The notes beneath the pieces were generated by a model. It ran no database searches and had not been told where the DNA came from. It worked only from the letters and a program-made list of their open reading frames with translations. The position numbers were made by a program, and so were the translations under genes. From Epithemia pelagica (Eukaryota; Protista; Bacillariophyta), in contig OX337240.1 in the NCBI GenBank assembly GCA_946965045.2, positions 248,001 through 312,000 on the forward strand: a stretch of DNA of 64,000 bases, given 5' to 3'. This document shows positions 56,681-64,000 of this stretch, piece by piece. Position 1 is the stretch's first letter; the number at the start of each line of letters is the position of its first letter.

Positions 56681-58441
56681 TTAAAAGCTACTAATATTTT
56701 TGAATTGGTACCGACTCAATTGTGTGGAAATGGTCGAATCGTCACATTTGGGGACAGACTCTGGTTCCTTGTCGGGAAACTTGAACCCGGGAATAATTTC
56801 CTGGGGGACCAACTGAGTCACTGTCGCCGCCGCAGCCACAAAGGCAGTGGTGGGACCCGTCATGAGAGCATCGTGGGGTTGAGGAGACGATTGGGAGGCT
56901 CGAGAGAGGGGACCCCGTTGCGTGCGAGGTCGTTGTTTCTTTTGCGGAGAGACCATGGGTTGCGACGACGATCGACTGCCCTGTTGAAGCTGTAACGAAG
57001 AGGAACCAGCAGTTGCTTGGTCCACGGGAATCGACAAGACGGATGGACTGGTTGCCTCCTCATCCTCGTCATCGTCGTCATAATCTTCCATCAAGCCTTC
57101 GTCGTCGTCTTCGTCGTCGTCATCTGTTTCATCATAGTCCTCCTCGTCCGTTTCATCTTCGTCATCATCGTCATCGTCGTACTCCTCGTCGTCCATGGTG
57201 AGAGTTGGATCGGGATAAATGTGGGTGGGATACAAATAGGTTCGATCGGCCGCCCCACATCCCGTGGTGGGTACCGTACAGGCCAAGAGGACTTTGGCCC
57301 ATCCCGGCCACATGGGTGTAGACCGTGTGGTGGCCGCCGAAGAATAGTAACTCGTTCCCACCAAGGTGGATTCGTCTTCGGCCTCTTCCTTGCGACTACT
57401 CGCAGCACTGTCTTGCGAGAAATAGGTGGCGGATCCCGTCGTGCCCGTTCCCAACGTACCGGCTTCATCCTCATCGTAGTCGTCGTAGTCGGATTGCATG
57501 AGGAGCAAGTTTTCATTGGCTTCGTTTTGCGCGGTATTAAAGGTAAAGGCGGACAAGGCGGCCGACAAGACAGCAGTCGTTTCATCAAACGACTCTTGTC
57601 GTTGGTGTTGTTGTTGGTGCCGTTGTCGTGGTTGTGGTCGTGGTGCTTCGCGGTGACTGGAACGTCGTTGGGTCGGTTGGGGTGCTGCTGGTGCTTGTCG
57701 TGCCTTGTTGGAGGAGGAGGAGGAGGAAACTCGTGCCGAGTCGGCAGCCATGATCATTTGCTTGGTATCTTGATTTTCTTCCAAATACTTTTGCGCCAAC
57801 ACATTGAGACTTTTTCGGAAAAGTATCTTGCGTTCGTCTTCATTCATGCCCGTGGTGGAATAGGACGGAGCTTGCTGGACGACCCCTGGATCTTCAGGCT
57901 TGGCGGCATTCTTGGTAGCTTCGTTGGCCACCTTTTTGCCCATGGCCTTTTTCTTCTTTGCCATTTTGTTATTGTTGGCTATGTTGTTAGTCTTTTTGTC
58001 CATAGTCTTGCGAGGTTTCTTGTCTGGCTTCTTGTTATTCTTTTTGGCTTTGGGAGGAGGCTTATTGGAAGTATCCGGTTGTGCCGAGGATGTGCCAAGT
58101 TCGGAGGCCGGTGTGGCTCGAAACCATGATCTTCGCTTGTGAATGGATCGCGATCCTTTCGGGTCACCACTCTTCTCGGCAGCGGATGGCTCGTTCATCA
58201 CTTCTTTCGTGGCCATGGTCACGGTATTCGTCGTTGTCATGGCTGTGCTATCTATTAGGTACTTGCAATCAATCGTTTGAGAAACCACCAATTTGGTTCC
58301 TGGTCGTCGCCGTTTTTGAGGGATCCAACCCGACTTGTTGTTGTGGTTAGTGTTATGGTTGTTGGAGAGGTTGTGTGACTGCAACAATTTGGAGAGAGGT
58401 ATTGTTGTGTCGGCCTTCTCTCTCTGCTGTGTTATTATCAT
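56681..58441 (-). CDS. Low-complexity protein, tandem paralog B
   Basis: Same three motifs as paralog A; long acidic tract; start codon uncertain. Confidence 0.7.
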   Translation of the reverse strand: MIITQQREKADTTIPLSKLLQSHNLSNNHNTNHNNKSGWIPQKRRRPGTKLVVSQTIDCKYLIDSTAMTTTNTVTMATKEVMNEPSAAEKSGDPKGSRSIHKRRSWFRATPASELGTSSAQPDTSNKPPPKAKKNNKKPDKKPRKTMDKKTNNIANNNKMAKKKKAMGKKVANEATKNAAKPEDPGVVQQAPSYSTTGMNEDERKILFRKSLNVLAQKYLEENQDTKQMIMAADSARVSSSSSSNKARQAPAAPQPTQRRSSHREAPRPQPRQRHQQQHQRQESFDETTAVLSAALSAFTFNTAQNEANENLLLMQSDYDDYDEDEAGTLGTGTTGSATYFSQDSAASSRKEEAEDESTLVGTSYYSSAATTRSTPMWPGWAKVLLACTVPTTGCGAADRTYLYPTHIYPDPTLTMDDEEYDDDDDDEDETDEEDYDETDDDDEDDDEGLMEDYDDDDEDEEATSPSVLSIPVDQATAGSSSLQLQQGSRSSSQPMVSPQKKQRPRTQRGPLSRASQSSPQPHDALMTGPTTAFVAAAATVTQLVPQEIIPGFKFPDKEPESVPKCDDSTISTQLSRYQFKNISSF

Positions 58442-59365
58442 AGGCACAGCATGCTTTGGGGGTTATAGTTCTTGCTATCGCCATCGGTAGGCCTCCCCAA
58501 ATTTGGAGGCCTTCTCCTAGCTCGAGTCTTGCGGACCGACTCGTGCACAAAATTTCCCAAGGGAATCTCAGAGAAATTTAGTCTTGAAAAGAGAAATGAA
58601 TAGCACTGCCCCGCGAAATATTATCACACAGATAGTAGAATCTATGGATATTGCCCCTCACTCCATTCGTGGGTTTATGCGAAGCCGACATGTGGTTGCC
58701 TTCACTTTTTCATGTTTCCGTTCCTTCAAACGATTGGACGAGAGGACGCTTTCACAATTTGCTACCACACCAGTTTGACTCTCTCGCCTTTTCCCAACAA
58801 GCTACTTTGGAACGAGCGCGAGAGAAGCCGAATCGCTCTTCCCAGGGTAATAGAGTCGTATGTAGCATCGTTTCTTATTTGTCTAGAGAGAAGTTGGTGT
58901 TCAGAATGATGATGATTGTATTCCTTCCATGGTAATTTTTACATGCCGTCCAAGCCCACGATCCATCCAAACGCATTCCGTTTCATCCATACGAAACAAG
59001 GATTTGTAGGATGGTACGCCAACTCGTGTCTCTCTATATATCCTTGAAAAAGGACTTCTATGGAAGAAACAACACCTACCATGACATGCTGATCTACTAG
59101 AGGACGAATCAGAAGGCCTTGCTGGGACTTGGACGGCTCCGAGTGTACCCGCAGGAGCGAGAGATATAAAAGGAGTTGGAATGGAGTGGTTTCTTTGTCG
59201 TCGTGTTGGTGGTGGAAGTGAATTTCCGCTCAACACAGTGACAGTCAGAACCACCATACATAAACCCTTGTTTGCCATGACACTGTACTTTCCTTCTCTC
59301 TCGCTCGAGGGCCATGGCATGTATTCGTACGCAAAACATGGGCTTGGACACACAAAACCGTAGGA

Positions 59366-60240
59366 CTAGGAATGCTTTTCTGCAACATCAGGTAGATTGA
59401 GTAGTAGCTTTGTATTGACCCGACAAGGACACCTTCGTGGTTCTACACTGCTGCCGAGCGAATTGTCATTGAGAGCGGTGTCCTCCCCATCTAGTCGGAT
59501 ACTAGTGTCATCATCATTCTCAACATGATCTTGATCGACCAGATCCACGCCTTGGGTATTGGGTAAGACGGTCGACGTGACGAGAATGGGCAAGAGCAAG
59601 AGGAGCCAGCAGGAGAACCACCTGGTTGGCATCCATGAGCGTTCCCGACACTGTGTCGGTGGAAAGGTAGGCCACTCCAAAAACAAGTTTCAACAATGGA
59701 CAAACCCGTGCCCCGTTGAGCCGTGGGGAGAAGCTCGGCCGGCGTCCAGAGGCCATTGACGGTACCGGAAACCGTTCCGACTATGGTTCCTACCGATGAG
59801 GCTACCACCACGAGGATTATAGTCAATCCCATGGAAACCGCCTGGTTTTCGTCGTCTCCATCATTTGTAGTTGCCAACGATTACACGGTCATGGTAACGA
59901 CTGCTCCACACGCTGCTCCCACCAAGTGGGCACCCACAAAAGAGGACCCGTCGGGAGATTTGGTCCATGTAGAATAGGTTCAACACTTTGGCCTCTAGAG
60001 ACCCCTAAAGGAAAACCCACGGGGACGTGTGGTCCCGCAGAATGGTCCAGTGCCAGGGACTCGACCAGGCACCCGGAAAGATAAGGAGGGTTCGCAGAAC
60101 CATGAGGGCCAACAGGGTACGGCCCAATTGGACAACACTTCCCCGAAACATGTCCATGTTGCCTTGAAGCAGAGATTGGCACGTCACTTCATTGTCCTGT
60201 TGTTGTTGTTGTCGGGGAAACCGGGCGGTAGTCACTACCT
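59366..60240 (-). pseudogene. Decayed MFS transporter (C-terminal half), copy 1
   Basis: Pieces in different frames: TCQSLLQG..FRGS, GLWTPAELLPTAQRGTGLS, PILVTSTVLPNTQGVDL. Direct repeat of 63091-63990. Confidence 0.75.
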
Positions 60241-60656
60241 ACATATCTAGATATAAAGTAAGCAGATTACTCCCCTGTGATATCTCGTCGGGCGCCCGGC
60301 TTGTCGGGAGAATGACTCGACGGGCATATGTTGCGCCCTCCTCGAACATATGCCCTTCTCGTCATTCTACCGTCCGCGCCGGGCGACCCTCCTCTAAAGG
60401 ATTGGATCACCGTGAACGTACGTGAAGTCGTCTTTCTCACAACTCACAACGGATTCACTCTTCACAATTTTGGCAAGAGCTCTTCACAATTTTGGCAGGA
60501 TTTTACAAACAAGATCCAACGAAAAACTGAGTCCAGATAGAGTCCAGATAGAGTCCATTTTCCCCTTTGTTGGAATGAGTCCAACTCGTAGAAGAGTGTT
60601 CAACAACCTAGTCTTCGAATCGATTGACAGTGTTTGTTTTTAGGAATCCAAGAAGC

Positions 60657-62177
60657 ATGAGACCAACCACATCAACGCCAACACCAACAGTCAATGTCGT
60701 GTGGGTGGCTCGTCTCGTGGTGGTACCCCTCCTTTCCTTGTTGTGTTTGCAATGGGCCTTGTTTCCATCTTCGCCTTTGGTTGGGTCGTCCGTGTCGTCG
60801 AGACAACAACGAGAACATGATGATGATGATCCAATGAAACACACCACCGCAACACGAAACAACCACAACCACAAGGATCATCCGCCATTCAATCCTCATC
60901 ATGATTGGATCTTGGCCTCCAGCAGTACGGTGGACACTCCTGCTTCCTCCCCCTCCCCCAACAAGAACAACGACCCGGAACTAGACACTCCCGACCAGGA
61001 CAAGGACACGACCGAGGCACCACAACAACAGCAACATCCTCAAATTGCCTGGCTCTTGTCCTTTCCCAATTCCGGCACATCCTATACCATGATGAATACC
61101 CAACACGTCACGGGATACCGGACGGCCACCAATTATGCCAGGGATTGGAACTGGACCACTGCCGACACTAATAATCCAAATACGTCTTCGATTGTTGCGT
61201 GGACGCCGGAAGGTCCCTTTTCGAAAGCACCCACGACCACTACCACGATTCCCCACTCCTTTGTCTTGACCAAGACGCATTGTACCGGCTATTGTACCGC
61301 CTGTCCGCCCCAAGACTATGTCATTCCGACCGTGGACGATTTTGTTCATGGCTGTCACCAAACAGAACTGCCAGTAACGTCCACAGCCACCACCACCAAG
61401 ACAACAACTCGGTTTGGTCACTATTCTCCCGACACGATGCCCGTCGCCCGAGCCATTCATTTGATTCGTCATCCCTTGGACAATCTCGTGTCGCGGTTGC
61501 ACTTGGCCTTGAAACCTCATCTTATCGTCCGCAAACCCGAATTGCACGCCATTCTGATGAACAATGACACGGTATCGACGGAACGTCAACGGCTCGAGGC
61601 CTGGTGCGACTGGGTCGATGCCCGGCACCAAGCGAAACTGCAACAAGCGCTCCAACTGTGGTTGCGACAGGATGCGGAGAACGAGGCACCCCATCATCCT
61701 CCCGCGGCCTGGCCCTTTGTCACCAACCATGAGCACCACAATTCATCGTCCGAATCGTTGCTCCTGTGGGAAACGGATCCTCACTACGTCCTCAGGTTAC
61801 TACTCGGTCAACATCCCGTGACCCAAAACAATGTCCTGTGTCGGACCGAATTGTTTCGCTATGTCCAATGGCATGCCCGTGCCTGGCAAATGACGCAAGC
61901 CCTCCAAATTCCCGTCCATATGGTCCATTACGAATCCTATTCGACCAACTTTACCGCCACGGTCCAGGGCATTGTCCACTTTTTGCATCAATCCGACGAC
62001 GACACGACGTTCCGCAAATCGTCATCTCTCCCCTTTATTGCTGGTAAATCCTATGTGGATACCTTGTTTACACCGGCCGAGCAAGTGGCCATGGGCCGTT
62101 ATATTCAAACCTTGGCCAATCCAACGAGTCCCGTCTGGTCCCTCATGCAACACTATTTTGCCACCATTCTCGACTAA
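60657..62177 (+). CDS. Sulfotransferase-like type II membrane protein, copy 2 (inverted paralog)
   Basis: Highly similar to 50695-52254, with the same motifs; intact ORF. Confidence 0.8.
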   Translation: MRPTTSTPTPTVNVVWVARLVVVPLLSLLCLQWALFPSSPLVGSSVSSRQQREHDDDDPMKHTTATRNNHNHKDHPPFNPHHDWILASSSTVDTPASSPSPNKNNDPELDTPDQDKDTTEAPQQQQHPQIAWLLSFPNSGTSYTMMNTQHVTGYRTATNYARDWNWTTADTNNPNTSSIVAWTPEGPFSKAPTTTTTIPHSFVLTKTHCTGYCTACPPQDYVIPTVDDFVHGCHQTELPVTSTATTTKTTTRFGHYSPDTMPVARAIHLIRHPLDNLVSRLHLALKPHLIVRKPELHAILMNNDTVSTERQRLEAWCDWVDARHQAKLQQALQLWLRQDAENEAPHHPPAAWPFVTNHEHHNSSSESLLLWETDPHYVLRLLLGQHPVTQNNVLCRTELFRYVQWHARAWQMTQALQIPVHMVHYESYSTNFTATVQGIVHFLHQSDDDTTFRKSSSLPFIAGKSYVDTLFTPAEQVAMGRYIQTLANPTSPVWSLMQHYFATILD

Positions 62178-62865
62178 CTGGTCGCATGTATATATAGTGG
62201 AGAGAGGAACAAACGAATGGTATTTGTATCGCATGGTGCGAAACGAGGATCATGACTCTATACCTATATTCTCCTATTCGTCTTGGAGGAGGAACTCAAG
62301 AATGACCCCCTCTCTCTCTGTATAGTATCCGAGAGGGGGAGTGTTTGCTGGTGAGCCAGTTCCAGCGAGTGTTTGTACCCTCGCTCCCTCTCTATTCCTA
62401 TAATATAGCTTGTGGCACTCGGTGGTTTGAAACAACTTAGGTACAATTATTAGACACCTAGTAGTAGAGGATTGTGGGCGGGGCAGACATCTAGTACTCC
62501 TTCTCTCTCGTTATGGCGACCAGCACCAGGTTGCAGGGTCGTCCAGTGCGTGATCGAGCGAGCTGCTCACATGATCCTTGCAAATGCCTTGCCAAGACTG
62601 GTACTACTCGGACCCTTATGATTGGACGGCTCCGAGTGTATCCGGAGGCGAGGGAGAAAGTAGGAAGGAGAGTTTGCACATGGAGTGGCTTTTTTGTCGT
62701 GTTGTTGTTGTTGGTGGTGGGAGTGGATCTCCGCTCAACCACGCAGTCCGAACCAACCGAAAACCCTTGTGTGGACTAAGGGTAAAACGTCAGGTAGGAG
62801 TACTGCAGAGATTTCACAGGTTCTTCTTGCTCAAGCTCAACCTCCTTCACATTTCGAATCTAGAA

Positions 62866-62880
62866 GGGGGGGGGGGGGGG
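62866..62880 (+). repeat. G15 homopolymer
   Basis: Direct reading. Confidence 0.85.
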
Positions 62881-63090
62881 ACCTTACGCGCGTTCGATGC
62901 GTTCGTAGACTTTCTCTCCCACAGGCCACATTCCGATCTTTTTCCTAGAGTAGAGCGACTCACCAAAAAAGCGCCAGTAGTGTCATGAATCCCAAACACT
63001 CTCTGTGTTTCTGTCTCATGGGACGGTTCCACTTGAAGCATTGGTTGTACCTTGTCATGATATTGTCGTCATGTTTTGGTCCACTTGTTA

Positions 63091-64000
63091 CTAGTCGATA
63101 CTCCTAGTAGGAATGGCCATGGGTGGTAGTTCTAGAATGCTGCCAAGCGAATTGTCATTGGGAGCGGCGTCCTCCGCATCTTGTCGGATACTAATAGTAG
63201 TATCATCAACATCGTCATCCACATACCAGATCCACGCCTTGGGTATTGGGCAAGACGGCCGACGTGACGAGAATGGGCAAGACGCCCACCACGGCACCCC
63301 CCAGGGCCGACCTGGTTGGCATCCATGAGGGTTCCCGACACGGTATCCGTGACCAGGTAGGCCACTCCAAAACACGTTCCAATAAGGGACAAGCCCGTGC
63401 CCCGTTGGGCTGTAGGGAGAAGCTCGGCCGTCCAGAGGCCATTGACGGTACCGGAAACCGTTCCGACTATGGTTCCTACCGATGAGGCTACCACCAACAG
63501 GATTGTGGCCAATCCCATGGAAACCGCCTGATTGTTATTGTGCTTGTTGTTGCTGTCGTCTCCATCCTTTGTCGTAGTAGCCAGTGAGGCCACGGCCATG
63601 GCAATGACTGCTCCACACGCTGCTCCCACCAAGTGGCCTCCACAAAAGAGGACCCGTCGGGAGATGCGGTCGATATAGACTAGGTTAAACACTTTGGCCA
63701 CGAGACCCAGCAAGGAAAACCAAATACCGAGCTTGTAGACATGGTTCGCGAGCCATGGGGAGGTGTGGTCCCGAAGAATGGTCAAGTGCCAGGGACTGGA
63801 CAAGGCGCCCGGAAAGATAATGAGGGTTCGTAGAACCATGAGGGCCAACAGGGTATGGCGCAATTGGACACTTCCCCGAAACATGTCCAGGTAGCCTTGG
63901 AGCAGAGATTGGCACGTCACTTCATTGTCTCGTTGTTGTTGTTGTTGTTGAGGTGGAAAATGATGCTGTACTTCCTCGAGCTGCAACGGTTGGTAGGGAA
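63091..64000 (-). pseudogene. MFS transporter (SVOP/OCT/sugar-porter-like) copy 2, 5'-partial, with apparent frameshifts near 63300 and 63225
   Basis: YIDRISRR, LWTAELLPTAQRGTGL and VLPNTQGVDL motifs. The last TM helix and the tail lie in other frames; one shift is at a G6 run, so assembly error is possible. Confidence 0.6.

Noticed and set aside
54500-58129. 436-aa and 370-aa + strand ORFs
   Set aside because: Antisense shadows of low-complexity genes.
62866-62880. G15 tract as a regulatory element
   Set aside because: Absent from the paralogous 59 kb flank and lacks supporting context.
1-64000. rRNA, tRNA or other structured ncRNA genes
   Set aside because: No recognisable conserved motifs by eye; tRNAscan-SE and Infernal would be needed to exclude them.

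Overview
Eukaryotic, intron-containing DNA that looks like a pennate diatom genome (GT-AG introns, bipartite plastid presequences, diatom-type Copia element). No rRNA, tRNA or CRISPR array was seen. Host genes: OSCA/TMEM63-like channel, class I heme peroxidase with a thylakoid-lumen-type presequence, METTL21-like methyltransferase, mitochondrial citrate synthase, membrane metzincin protease with ubiquitin-binding-like repeats, Rab8, IMP2-like protein, tandem HhH-like protein, two inverted sulfotransferase paralogs, two decayed MFS transporter copies and several low-complexity proteins. Two complete, young transposons each split a host gene that can be rebuilt exactly. A 3235-bp autonomous PIF/Harbinger element (53-bp perfect TIRs, AAT TSD) lies inside a bacterial-type ExeM/NucH nuclease gene with a silaffin-like Lys-rich tail. 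A 6199-bp Ty1/copia element (293-bp LTRs with no difference seen, CCTTG TSD) lies inside a 4-TM gene. The Copia element has an extra upstream ORF with an SH3/KOW/Tudor-like segment, joined to gag-pol by TAACATG, and an in-frame Pol extension into the 3' LTR behind a single TAG. A 603-bp MITE, a degenerate ~250-325-bp tandem repeat and a rearranged duplication block (50-64 kb) are also present. All family assignments come from motif recognition by eye, not from database searches.
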